Below are positions 12,715 through 26,363 of a stretch of DNA of 64,000 nucleotides, one piece after another. Numbering within the stretch: the stretch's first letter is position 1; each line of letters begins with the position of its first letter. The stretch comes from Octopus sinensis (lineage: Eukaryota). The notes beneath the pieces are model-generated. The model was not told the DNA's origin and ran no database searches. It saw only the letters and a list, made by a program, of their open reading frames with translations. The position numbers were made by a program, and so were the translations under genes. The stretch lies in assembly GCF_006345805.1 (NCBI RefSeq), contig NC_043017.1, forward strand, positions 7,874,001 through 7,938,000. The letters run 5' to 3'.

Positions 12715-13189
12715 CACATACCATTTGATTTTATGAAGTAAAGTACTCAAAACATTATGTAAAGTTTATCCATGTTATGCAAGACATTTGACAATCAGAA
12801 ATGAGACTCTGAAGTTTCAAATTATATATAAAAATATGTATCTATGCCTTCCTGTCTGTCTGTCTGTCTGTATGTGTTTATGTATGTATTTCATGTCTAT
12901 GCTTGATGCAATTCATTGTATTAGATTTTCCGTGGCTAGATGCCTTTGTTATTGACAATACTTACTTGTTTTCAAGCTAGGTCATATTTCCCCCATAGGT
13001 GGACATGACTTCATGGAAGATTGGAAATGAATGACATCACTTGTATGATATTGAAACTTGTTTGCAATTATCATGCAATGTCAGCATGTGGAGACACACA
13101 CACACACAGATACCCATGCATACACACATACACACACACGTGTGTGTGCTATGATTATTGTTGTTTAACCAATCAGTGATTCTCTTAGT

Positions 13190-13411
13190 CACTGATTCTC
13201 AACCATTTCTTGTTTATAGACCCCTTTGATTCCTACTTTTCTCTGTATCCCATGTTAAAAAAAATCCCATTATATTTTTATAATTAAATATTATTAAGAA
13301 TTGTATTAAAAAAATTGTTAAAATATTTTGTGTATTGTAGAAGTATAACGAATTTATTGCTCATAAATTTTAATAACAAAATCTTATATGGACCCTAGTT
13401 GAGAACCACTG
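13190..13411. mobile_element. Second copy of the hAT-type MITE family at 7856
   Basis: Termini CACTGATTCTCAAC...GTTGAGAACCACTG; the interior aligns with 7856-8106; flanks ctcttagt/cgctaagt match at 6 of 8 positions. Confidence 0.8.
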
Positions 13412-13799
13412 CGCTAAGTAGTTGTTTGATCTGCTTGAATAAACAGCTAAGAACTCCATAATATTAACCTCACTTTCTTAAAAAAAAAAAACAAAGATAT
13501 GTTTGATAATATAGTCCTAAGTATTTCCCATGTTTGAAAAAAACCCCCAAAAACAAGACATGACGGTCAGAACAGAAACAATTTTGATTGTAGATCTATT
13601 GGGTCAGGACTAGCTTGGGGTTAAACAACATTCATGATTGCAACAGCATGCTCTCCTGTAACTGTAAAACATAGATGAATTCTCATGAGCAATCATAATT
13701 ATTACATATATGGTTGTAGTCCAATCTGTTGCTGTTTTTTTTTTCATCTCAATTTGGTATTTATATTTAATATATGGTGTCATTAGTTGAGTAAATTTA

Positions 13800-14062
13800 G
13801 CCTTTTTTTTAAACCATATTTCTCATAAAATACACTAGTTGTATGTTTTTAATTCATTTTGAAAAATAATTGCTAATTTGGATGGGTCTGACAAAATATT
13901 TAAATATTTTCATTATCATGCTGGTAACTGGAACATAACTTAACAAAGTGTATTACATGAAATTGTAACAGAAGGTTTGTATTTAAATACGAACACCTGA
14001 AGATGACAGGTTTTGATCACAGAGTCAAGGGTAGTCTCAGGTGCAGTAGTTTCAAAAAAGCT
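13800..14062 (-). mobile_element. Older inverted copy of the piggyBac-type MITE at 32077
   Basis: accatatttct..aaaatacacta..ttttgaaaa(a)taat..cacaga..ggtagtctcag matches the reverse complement of 32077-32280. Confidence 0.6.
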
Positions 14063-15929
14063 AGTTGTATTCAGAGATGAATGGAATGTTTGAAATGATA
14101 TAGTTTGAACTTGTAACCTTACAGGCAGTTATCCAGCAGTATTCTAACTGCATTGCCATAGTACATCATTATTTCTCATTGTGTCTGTCCATATAAGCTC
14201 TATTGCTGGAATAGTAGACCCTTGTGTTCCAAAACTGAACCATATAGAATTTATATAAAACCTGAAATTATTTTTAGAGATTTTCTTAAGTTGGTAAATC
14301 AAGAATTCAAAAGCAGAAGTGTTCTTGTGGTTTTTAAAGAAGGAAATCCTGTTGAAGCTTAGTGACCAATATTTCATAGAAGCACTCTTAATAGCTTATA
14401 GATTAGCAGGCATCAAAGCTACATTGACACTTCTGATATTGTTAATAGCATCGATGCTCTACATGACTGAATTATTGATTTTTTTTTCTTGTAAAAGCTC
14501 TCAACTTAAACTGATCTGTTTATTATAATTAATGTCTTCCATTCTGAGCTGAATAAGTGCCACTCATCAACCATATATCCACTATATATCTATCTGTTCT
14601 GTTGCTGAACTTTTATTCATGAATCTATGGTAACAGGACAGCAATAACAACAATGATGATAATTGTGAAGATGTAATGTAACTGTAAATGTCTTTTAAGC
14701 CCCATGGGTCTTTGAAGGGATATTTGCTTAATTTCAGCCTTATAGTGTGAAGTGGATGTGATATAAATACATTTCCACTTCCTGGATAAGACCAGCCTCT
14801 CATAGTAACATTCCCAAATGATCTTACAGATAGATAGTGAAATGAGGTAATATTGAACATAGCTTACCAAGCATAGAGTCACTCTGACATACTTTAACCC
14901 ATCTATTTAAACCAGATTTTAAAGTTATTTCAGATTACAGGTCCTATATTATATCTCAAATTTTTTTTTATTGCCCCAGGTTGAGAACCAAAATCTCAAA
15001 AGTGTATAGGTATATAAGTACCAGATTGTCTAGAAAATGTAACCTGTGGTGGTGTCCTATCCTGTTTAGAATGGGAAAGATTTGTTTGTTCTCTGTTTCT
15101 GCAGGAAATACAATTAAAATACCAGTTCTCTACAAATCCTAGCATCACTTTGAGGCAAATGTGACCATTTGCTTAGGGTCCAAAATTGAGGGATCTGTCA
15201 ATAAGCATTAAACTGGCTAGTAGCTAGTAATCATTTGTAGAGAGAGAGCTCAAGAACATGTACACAACTTACCAATAGTATATTGGTCAACTATATGTAC
15301 TTAGTATGTGTACATAGTAATGTGTTTGGATATTTACTGGTCAGTTAATGGTTAGGAAACAAAACTTCATGTTTATTGGTCATCATAATATAACCACAAC
15401 TAAAACTTTTGTCCAGTTATTGGTTAGAAGGTCAAGGTATAAATAAATTCTATATAAAGATAATGTAATACAATTGCAATATGATAAGTGTAAGAGTACT
15501 AAACCCTTATTTGATTTATGTACGTTTGTGTGTATGTATGGATATGTTTTTGTGTGTAGGTTTCTATGTGTATAGTTGTACATGACCATGTTTGTGTGTG
15601 TAGTTTACTTAGTTCACCAAATTACCTCTCTTTACATCAAAGTGGACTTAGCTATTTCATAAATCGAGACTAATAAAATAAGAGTCAGATGAAGTACTAG
15701 GGTTGATATGATTAAGTTAAAAAGCTTCAAAGGTAGTGCCTCATTATGGTTCAAGTTTAAAAAAAAAAAACTAAAGCAAATAAAATACTAGTTATACTCT
15801 CTCAATGGAGTGGCTCTTAACTGATGTTTGAGACAAGCTGTTAAATTAAGCATTCTTCTATTCAGTGGTCAAGAGTATATAAAGCTTTAACTGAGATCTG
15901 AAAGACAAGTGGACACAGGACATTTAATA

Positions 15930-16440
15930 ATGGGGTGTTGCTAATTAAAGACATATATCATAGTGTATTGCTTATTAGAAATGTGCATTCAGAGTATGTT
16001 GTTAATTACAAATGTGTATTAGAGATGTGTATTCAGAAAGTTGCTAATTGGAGATGTGTACAACAGTTCCTAATTGTTCCTAATTAGAAATGTGTTTCCA
16101 GAGTGTGTTGCTAATTAGGGATGTGTATTCAGAATGTGTTGTTATTTAGTTATATGTGTTCATGGTATGTTGTTAATTAGAGATGTATATTCAAGGATGT
16201 TGCTAATTAGATATATGTATTGCTAACTAAATATGTGTTCAAGGGAGTTTGCTGATGGAAATATGTATTCAAGAGTGTGTTGCTAATTAGAGATGTATAT
16301 GCAGGTCGTTGCTAATCCACCATGTGTATTCAGAGTATATTAATTAGAGACATGTATACAAGGTGTGTTGCCTAATTAGACATGTATAATCATGGTATGC
16401 TGATAACTAGAAATATATATTAAGGGTGTGATGCTAATCT
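15930..16440. repeat. Degenerate minisatellite, ~32-bp unit (gtgtgttgctaattagagatgtgtattcaga), roughly 15 copies
   Basis: The core ttgctaattag recurs at ~31-33-bp spacing. Confidence 0.85.
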
Positions 16441-16542
16441 AAGGGTTACTGTGACAAATACAACAATTCTAGTAACACATATAACAGATTTATTGAAGGA
16501 TATAACCATGTTAAAAGTTAAGAAAATTATTGCGCTTAATTT

Positions 16543-17219
16543 GCATATTTGAAATTTGTATATATAATTAGCTAATTTGCATACATAATTAGACATTGAT
16601 TAAATATTACATACATGTTTAGATATTATGTATTCAGTGTATGCTATTTTCATCTACTAAATCAGTCTCTTTCACATTATGAAATCATCTTCATTTAATG
16701 TCCATGTTCCATGCTGGTACAGGTCAGAGAGTTTGACAAGGATCCTATGAGTCTAAGGACTGCATCATGCTCCAATGTCTGCTTTGGCATGATTTCTACT
16801 GCTAGATGCTCTTCCTAACACCAACCACTTTACAGAGTGTATTGGGTGCTTTTTTTGTGCCACTGGCAATATTGACGTCACCATCCAGCTTGCAAGTCTA
16901 CGTATTTGACTAAAGTATATTTTTAAAATATGATATATAAATTTAATAAAAAATGTGTCAGATATCACAGTTTTGAAAAGTCTTCAGTTTACAAATTAAA
17001 TAAAATATATAATTTATTGCATATTTGTACAATTGACTATTAAAAGTGCATTTTCAGGGAAATTTTAATACACAAATCTGGAGATGCCTAAATGAAATAT
17101 CTCAAGCTTTGTAAGTAGCACACTGATCAAACTTAGTATGCTGGTGCCTTGTGCAAAGGAGAATTCATTTTGATTATATATGCAAATTAGCTAATCATAT
17201 ATTCAAATCTTAAATATGC
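16543..17219. mobile_element. Probable old non-autonomous DNA transposon with ~48-bp imperfect inverted repeats, interrupted by a SINE tail (16684-16900)
   Basis: 16543-16590 (gcatatttgaaatttgtatatataattagctaatttgcatacataatt) is the approximate reverse complement of 17172-17219. Confidence 0.55.
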
Positions 17220-17882
17220 GCATAAACAACTTCCCTAGTAAACCTGTAGTATGTTTCACCATATTTGAATAAAATTATATTGTCATAACTGTCTATACTA
17301 GCCTTCTGTTTCAATAAGATAGACACAAATAATAATGCAACTAATGTTCATGGTCATTTCCCTGTGTGCAACTCTGTCAAAAAAATTTGAGTGCACCATT
17401 AGGAAGTCTGGAGATTGTAGATTCAAAATAAATGCCCAGTGTTTCAAATCAGTCAAGAAACAAGGAATTTGTAAGCAAAATGTATCAGATAGTTCAGGTG
17501 GTTTGTAACATCGTAGAACGAAGCTATTTTTGAAAGTGGGACATATTTAAATGGATACAAAGGTCAGGGCTGTTATACAGTATATATAGCCTGCAGTTTC
17601 ATTAAGTGTAGCTTACAAGAATATTCCATTTTGTATGAATGAATTTTCCAAAATCTAGGGCATCTGATCAGTGTGCATTTTTGATGTGCAAAAATTAGGT
17701 TTCTTTCTGGGCTACATTAAAACTGATCAAAGTGCATAGGTTACTATTTATACATTTGTCTACACTGTTCAGAAATATACACTCTAGGAATAGGTGAAAA
17801 GAGTAAATTCATATTTACTTTTATTTGATAAGAAATTATTCTTTTAATTTTCCAAAAGAATTTGTGAATTTCACCATGTATG

Positions 17883-17884
<2 letters not shown>

Positions 17885-17937
<53 letters not shown>

Positions 17938-17971
17938 TGTGTGTGTGTGTGTGAGTGTGTGTGTGTGTGTG
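17885..17971. repeat. (GT)n microsatellite, representative of many in the window
   Basis: Read directly from the sequence. Confidence 0.95.
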
Positions 17972-18076
17972 TTTGCAACAGACTTTAGATGCATGACTGT
18001 GCTATGTCTATTATTATTTTTACATTATAAGATATCTATAAGCACAGTTTAAAATGTCTTTTAAAAACAGGAAATA

Positions 18077-18589
18077 TCTATATATATAAAACTGTAGTTG
18101 TGTGAGTGTCTCTCCCCTTCGATTTAGATTCCTAACTACTCCCATATTTTGCGGTGCAGTTTAACCAAATTCGGGTATCTTATAGTCGTGATTCATATCG
18201 AGCCCATCTGAGTATTAGCGCGTGTCTATGATGAGTCTACGATTTAAAAAATAATTTAACATCATTTTTTATTCCATTTTAATGCATAATTTTTCGTGTG
18301 TCGATGGCGGCGGAGTTGGCGTCCATGGTCACACCTGCACCTGTTTGCTTCTCCCCCTTCTTCCCTTCCTCGTGAAGCTGTGGGGAAGGGAGTGTAAGGA
18401 AATCAACGTTGTAAAGCGTTGTCAAGGAGACCAGCGTTCTTTTAGAACAACAACTTCATGGCTTGAAGACACCAAAACAGAAATGGCTAAGAAAGCCCGA
18501 ATTGGCATCTATAAGGGAAGTAACTCTCTAAAAATGCTTATATAGTTATTTCCCTTACAAACCCGAGCAACGCTGGGCGATACTGCTAG
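18077..18589 (+). mobile_element. Non-autonomous Helitron
   Basis: Inserted between A and T. 5' end TCTATATATATAAAA; 3' hairpin CCCGAGCAACGCTGGG (18562-18577) followed by CTAG|T; no TSD; CpG-rich relative to the flanks. Confidence 0.85.
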
Positions 18590-20917
18590 TATTTTATAAA
18601 TTAATTTATAAACATTATGATGTTATTAATGTTGCTTTTATGTACAGAAAATAATTGTGACTAAAGTTACTTGGTGGTCCCTCAGTATAACGGGGATTAA
18701 ACCATCATCATCTATCACTTACAATTTTCATTTGCCCTGCACAATGACAGATGCATTACATATCCTGTTCTGTCATCAGTTTCCAAAGTTCATCAGCACT
18801 CACTACACCATTGTCCTTTATCAGGGTTTTGACCATAATTGTGGAAGGATGTCTATACATGGGTCAGTTTCTAGATGATGACTTTGCTGAGAAGTCACGA
18901 ACGGTTCCCCAAAATCTGTAGCCATCTTCCTACTGTCTCAACAGGGGGAGTTTGTCATAAAGTGGTTCATTGGTTACTTTCTGGGTCTAGGTGACACTGA
19001 AAGTCATCTGAAGCAGCTGATGATGACTGAAGTTTTTGGTTGTATGGTGGACATAATGATAGGATTTATTAAGTTGAAGAATGGTTGAGGACAGTAGTGT
19101 TTGTGTGAAATTAAGGTGTTGTAGAATAGGATATTGAGTCTAAATTCATACACTGCCAGTAATCACAACTGTCAACAAATACAAACTGTACATGGCTGCA
19201 ATTCAAATAGTATTGTTGTTTGGGGTTGAAAACTAGAATTAAGCACTCTTCTGTGCAAGAAATAAAGTTTAGCTTCAGGGAACTTCCTGTTTGCACCATG
19301 TTTTTGTATTTTTGTATTTCATGAAGTGAATTTCTCTGAACGTTTCCTCCCTTGATTTTTAAGCATAGTAGCAGTTAATACCACAAGTAGTGAGTTGGAA
19401 TCCAATGATGTTATTTATTAATGATTTATTTATCATTGCTCATATATTATGATTTAATTAGAGAAAGAGAGTCTGGTTCTTGGAGAAAATAATGTGATAT
19501 TTCAGTATCATCTGTACACCTCAGCTATCTGAGATTTATCGATTCTGAGCTGAAGTGGAGTTATCATGAAGTTGATATTGCATTGATGTTTTAATTAGTG
19601 AGTGATAAGGATTAAAAAAAGCATCAATTTGCTGATATATTTTAAATGCATACTGGTAAGTCTATGATGGGAGCAAAATTATTGTAATAAGAGTAAATAA
19701 TGTTCATTTCTTGAGCCTTACAAAACTTTTGAATGGAGATGAAGGCATATCTGGGAAGGCTTTCTGTAATGAGAGTTGTGCAGTTTCCAAGTTACAGAGA
19801 TGAACTAGAGTGCAAATTCAACTTGTAGACAGAAATCAATGCCCAAGAATCGATATATTGTAAATATATGTGAAAACACCTACATGATATCAATTTACCT
19901 ATATTCAATCTACCTGAGTAGGTTAAAGTGACATGACAACAGATAAACATCACATTCATAATGGATACCAATGATTATTATATCATATCAACAAATTCCA
20001 TCCATGATTTTCACATTAAACTAACTGCATTTCATTGAAATATTTAGCTTCTAATAGGTTTAACAGATTTATGTGGATAAAGTACTACAGGACTTTAAGA
20101 GTACATTGTGTTTTTTAGTAAAAACGTTTTTATGTTTTGAGTGAATGTGTTTTGACAGTACAGTGAAGAAGTTTTGTGATATTGGTTTTATAATGGTTAA
20201 GTTTTCTGGAGGATTATACCATGATATATTTCTTTTTCTAATGGTGTTGCTTAGATTGTTAGTATTTTATATACATTTAATTTTGTGTGTGTGAGAGAGA
20301 GAGAGAAAGTTTATATAAATACATATATACTTCTGGGAGCAATGTTAGATATTTATTGCTGGCTGTTAAATGAAAACATACCCTCTCCATCAAAGATCAT
20401 ATACTAAAATTAAAACCCAAGTAAATAATACCTACTAAAGTGCAAATAGAATTTACAAACTTAAAAAGAAAGTAAAAGTTGGGTATTTTATAGACACATT
20501 TTCTGAAATGTAAGAAAATAACCCAACATATACAAACTTTTGTACTATTAAAATTAAATGCACACTGATAAATATAAATTTAAAATTATACCTAGCAGCA
20601 GAAAAATCTTCAAAATGGCTACCATATACTGACACCCCTTTATAGTATTTGCACAATACCCATTCCTCTTAAAAATACTGCTAATAGAATTTCTTGTTTC
20701 TTTAAACAGTGCATGTCTAGATAACTTGCTTCTATATTATACAACTTAATGTTTGCACTGCTTCTAAATACCTCTTTACCTTTCTCCCACAATACACCTT
20801 ATATATAATCAGGTTTTTAAACCTTTTTATTGTTCTGTGATGAACTTATATTAGTGAAACATAGCAATCAACTATTTTAAAATGAATTGTATTTTATATA
20901 ATGTGTGCATGCATGTA

Positions 20918-20960
<43 letters not shown>

Positions 20961-21540
20961 ATTGAACTTTATAATTAACACAAAACTACTACAACATAAT
21001 TCATTTGTGCTTGGTGGCAATAACTACTGGTTTGTCTCAGAGATGATACGATGGAGTAGGAGTGTTACTTTTCCGATGTATTTTGTTCTAGGAAAGGGCC
21101 AGGCAATTCTGCTTCCTAGCAGGGAAATGTACCCAGTACACCCCATAAAGTGGATAGCTTCAGGTGGAGCATCCAGCCATTGACACCACACCAAAATGGA
21201 AACATATGAGTAAGATGTGACCCTTTGTCCTATCTATGACAGAAGGCATTCCAAATAAGAACCAATTCAGACTATGATGATATCTATCTGTGTCGATCTG
21301 TCTGTCTCTTTCTCTATATATATCCCTACACAAACACACATACGTGTGCACATCTTCATACATTTACTTGTAACATGTATATATGTACATACATACCACA
21401 CACACACACACACAAACAAACATTCATGTGCATGAGTGTATGTATATGTGGGTGTATATATGTATATACCACACATACACATATATACATTTCATATCCA
21501 ACTATCAATTTCTCTTTCTCTCTCTTCCTTTCCATCTCTC

Positions 21541-21621
<81 letters not shown>

Positions 21622-22320
21622 AAATCATACACACACATTAACAGACATTTACAGTGATGTAAGAAATAATGGTTTGCATTCGGCAATAATCCAATAATGA
21701 GATGATAACATTTTATCTAAACATTTATTGGTAATTTCTCGAGAAACATTTTTATTAAGCATAGATAGCATTTTCTGTGTTTTATTTCAAATTGTTTTCA
21801 AGTATGTAACAGTACTTCTTCCAACTACAGCCCTTAACACACAATTATTGATCTTTCTTTTTCACTACACATTATTATAAAACTTATCTCACTAATATTT
21901 TCTCTCAATACAAATCTGTTTAATGTTAGTTCTATTATCAGCTTTTCACCACCAATATATACATATATATATTCTCCTTTTCCATGCAGTAGTGTTAGTG
22001 TGAACAATCATTTTTTTTCCTTTCTTTTTTTTTTTACATATTTTCTTTTTGTCTACTCTAATTTTTTTTATTTGACATTTGACAATTTGTTTCAAAATTT
22101 ACCTAATTAGCATATTATTTATATACTGGTTTCAGCCATTGAACTTGGCCATGCTGAAGTAGCCACCTTCAAAGATGTTAGTTGATCATATCAACCTCAA
22201 TATTTATTTTAGTCTAGTGATTGCATCAGTCACTATTTACTGAATCTCTAAGTTAAACGTTTGATATAAAGGGACACAACTCAATGCACCATTTACACCA
22301 ACATCCACAGGCACATACAA

Positions 22321-22359
<39 letters not shown>

Positions 22360-24029
22360 TATACACACATGCATGTGCATAAACACAAAATGGACTTCTG
22401 TATAGTTTCCAATTCAACATGTTTGAGCCTCTCACTGACCAGTTTGATCTTAACAGTTACTTCCACTTTTTCTACTACCTTGATTCTTATTTTCTTATTG
22501 TTGAGTTAAGAGAACACATTTAATCTGGTGCTCACTGTTTCTACCATTCACCACATCATCATTACAATAATCATTTCATCAGCTTCTTTTCTTTTTGTTG
22601 TAGTTAATGTTGCTATTCTCCTCACAAGCTGAATACTATGACATTGTCACTATCATTTTATTTAACATTGCTAATACCTTTGGGAAAAAGCATAAAAATT
22701 ATCTTAAATTTTTTCTAGTTCTTTGAGTCCTTTCAAAGTAATTAACATTTGTTTCATTTTAATATATTTATAAGTTGATAATTTTCCAAACTGTTAATTA
22801 ATTAACATCGTCATCGCGGTATTTCAAAATCTGATGTTAGTCAGCTATCTTATTCCTGGATGTGTACATGGTCCTACACTGGATTTAAACTACATGTGCA
22901 TGTGACCTAATGAATAAGAACATTAGTTTGGAAATAAAAGTTTCTGAATTAAATTCATTCTGGGACCATGTACATAACCTCAGGTTAACCAATATTTTGT
23001 GTGGTTAATTTGGTAGATGGAAACCACGCTGAACTCAAATGAGTGTGTGCTTGCATGTGTGTAGTGCATGCATTAGTAATTTATTCACTGATGTTAATAT
23101 CTTTTACTGAGAAACAAGTGCATCAAATGAAAATACTTTGTAGTATTTATTCTGCACTAGTTGTGCAGATACTCCACTGGATATGTAATGATTGGTCCAT
23201 TACAAAAACCAATTGATGCTATTGTTCATTAAATATACAAATAGAATAAAATTAATTAGACATTTTATACATTTATTTTTAGCATATCTTCCAAATTAAT
23301 ATAACGAGCCAAGTTATCTGTGAAGTGTAGCCAACCAGATGTATATTGTTGAGTCAGTTCAATCAAGTCTGTTGTAATTGGTTAATCTCTGAAGCTGTGA
23401 GATGGACTGATTGGTCATCTGGTCTTTACAACTTACAGATGTTGAAGAAGAAATAGTGAAGACATTCAGAGTAGGTCAGTCAAGGGTGTACAGTACAAAG
23501 AAGCACCCTCACTAGATGATTATGATGTGAAGTGCTTAGCTGCTTGATAAACACCTACACCTATTAACCTTATTTCTCTTGTATTCAAATTTCTGCGATA
23601 TCCTTTGTTAATTCCTTTTATTCTTAATTCAATCTTTACAGCTTTCAGAAACATAGTTTCTGCATTCTTCTTTGTTGCCATGTGCAGCTTTAGAGTTAGT
23701 TTGCTGCCAGTTTCTTTTAATCTTTTTTTCTATGCCTCATAGAAATTATCGTGCTTTTAGCTCTGATAAATATTTTCAATTGCTTGCATATTTAAATATT
23801 TTTTTCAAAAAACGATATTCAATTGTATAAAACATATGTTTCATATGTTCCTATACAAATTATATTGTATTATAGACATGTGTGTATATGAAGATGTAGA
23901 TGGGTGTGTGTGTTTATACATTATTCAATTCACAATGCTTGAGTTGAAAATAGTTTGTTAATTATTAAGATATGATTGAAAGAATATTCAATCTGTTTTA
24001 TGCATCATATGTATTTGTACATATGTACA

Positions 24030-24165
24030 TATACATGTGTACATATGTATATATATATATATATATACATGTATTTACATTTGTGTGTATATATATATAT
24101 ATATATTTATATTCACATATGCATATACACACACTCCTACACATATGTGCAAATTTATATGTATG

Positions 24166-24225
<60 letters not shown>

Positions 24226-24241
24226 TTGTATGTATATATAT

Positions 24242-24296
<55 letters not shown>

Positions 24297-24330
24297 ATGT
24301 ATATATATAATATATATATATATACACACA
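24030..24330. repeat. Long compound (TA)n microsatellite
   Basis: Read directly; it is the source of the YI-repeat ORFs in the track. Confidence 0.95.
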
Positions 24331-24334
24331 CTTT

Positions 24335-24889
24335 TCATCAATAGCCCATAGATGATTTTTTTCCTTTTGTATTTTCCATACCACCTTGGCATTTTGTGAG
24401 CAACTGACTTCCACACTAGATTGTATTTTCATTTTCTGGTTCCAAATACCAACATCAGGCCAGTTGTGTTCTAATTTGGTTTGGTTTACTGCTTCTATTC
24501 TTAGGTTCCACTGATATTCTTTTGATCTTCAGTTTTATGATATTTATCATTATTTTCAATTTCCTTACTCACTCTATTCTAGATTGCTCTGTCTACTGCA
24601 TAATGCCTTACAGGAAGGCACTGTGGGAGACATTCTTTCAGAGTTGACAACTATGTAGCTAATGTCTTCAGTTCTGGTTTTGCAGAGTCTACATTTGTTG
24701 CCAGCTCATAACATATGTCTTTAGTGTAGAAAGTATTTGTGGAGATTTCTTTCATTTGCATTGCATGGAAGTAACTTTCAAGGTCAGGTCTTATAAATTT
24801 GTTGGTACTCCATGCTAGGCCTTTAATGTGGTTTATTCATTCTAGGGTCTGTTATTCAGATAACTGGTCTATTTTTGATTTTGTTGTTC

Positions 24890-24927
<38 letters not shown>

Positions 24928-25190
24928 ATCAGCTTTTTATTTTGTCTTGCTTCAAGTTCATTTGCTATCTTGATGATGTTTGTGTTCACGAATTTTAGAT
25001 AGTTATTGAGCTTTTTTTCTCTTCTGAAGATGTTACTTCAGTGTTACACCCCAGGTCTTGTACAGTATTAAAATAGATTTAAGGCGCAGCCTGTCTCTTT
25101 GCATGGAAAATATAATTTGTCTACATCACCATTGATGTTGAAATTTCCAATACCATTGAGCACATTTTGTGTTGTTCTAGTCATTTGGCT
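24335..25190 (-). mobile_element. Fossil 3' portion of an R4/Dong-like non-LTR retrotransposon: post-RT region, zinc knuckle and restriction-like endonuclease
   Basis: Minus-strand translation across frameshifts gives GNFNINGDVDKLYFPCKETGC, FESYFHAMQMKEIST, NKCRLCKTRTEDISYI..LPVRHYAV and [27 protein letters not shown], colinear with R4-clade motifs. Confidence 0.75.
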
Positions 25191-25991
25191 AAGTGTTTGT
25201 AGTGACCAATTAAAAACAAATAAACTTCTAAACTACACTGGTATGTTTGTGCTTATTTGTTTGTTTAAGATGAAATGGCTGAATGGATAAGGCATTGGTC
25301 TGTTACCTCATGGGACAGGAAATCAAATCTGCAGTCAGTTATTTTGTTTAAATTTGAAGAACAAAAAGCAAACCCCTCATTTCTGTATGCATCAGTCAAT
25401 TAAATATGTGTACAAGTATGTTGTGCATATGTAGCAACGTGTGTAACTGTGTGCATGAGTTTATCAGACCTACAACAGTTGGGTCGAACTTAGTACTGCA
25501 GACTCATTAAACCACATTTAGATTTTACAATGGAACTGCTGCTGCTACTTAGAGCAGCAAGTTGTCTTATGTTGTACAACTTGGTGGTCTGGGGTATTTG
25601 AAAGTGTTTGACCATAGACACAGCTGTGCATCTGACAAGAGAGTAACTTCCTGTTCTCTCAGCTGGTTACTTGGTCCTATTAATCACTTGGTCCTTCATG
25701 GTTTTGACTTTACATATCTATGTATCTCTGGCTAAGAAGTTCAATTCAGAAGTATGTGGTTCCAAGTTTGACATCATGATGTGATACCTTGTACTAGTGG
25801 GCTCTACAATTGCCTGAAGTTGACCAATGCCTTTTGAGTTGTTAGAAGGAAACTGAGTGGAATTCTGTCATATAGAGTCCCATGCAAGGGTTGTTATAGA
25901 ACCTAACCAGATGTAAATTGTAGGACTATTACACTCATGAAATATTTTAGTAAATGGTGCTAAATATGTATGATTTATGATGGGTTATGAA

Positions 25992-26312
25992 TCATCATCA
26001 TCATCCTCATCATTTAATGTCTGTTTTCCATGCTGGCATGGGTGGGATGGTTTGACAGGAACTGGCCAGCTGGAGAGCTGCACCAGGCTCCTGTTGTCTT
26101 TTTGGCATAATTTCTATTGCTGAATGCCCTTCCTAATGCCAACCACTTTACAGAGTGTAGTGGGTGCTTTTTATGTGGCACCAACACCAGTCCTATTATA
26201 TGGTACTGGCATGGTTCCTTTTTATGCAGTATTGGCACAGATGCTTTTTATATGGTATCAGCATGGGTGATCTTTATGCGGCACCAGCATAGGTGCTTTT
26301 TATGTGGTACTG
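25992..26312 (-). mobile_element. Repeat family B: SINE/LINE-tail element with a (GAT)n tail and internal ~24-bp tandem units
   Basis: catcatttaatgtc..ttttccatgctggcatggg...gcccttcctaatgccaaccac. Other copies at ~16684, ~32783, ~39036, ~41766, ~43020, ~44500 (+), ~50580 (+) and ~53840 (+). Confidence 0.75.
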
Positions 26313-26329
26313 TCGTGGATATATATATA

Positions 26330-26363
<34 letters not shown>

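Noticed and set aside
19490-19790. Possible minus-strand RT remnant (LQKAF ... LRCTDDT)
   Set aside because: Only two short degenerate motifs, too weak to call without a search.
23972-24351. Long YI/CV/HT-repeat ORFs here and throughout (e.g. 21356-21686, 59717-60077)
   Set aside because: They are translations of (TA)n, (GT)n and (CA)n microsatellites, which lack stop codons by construction.
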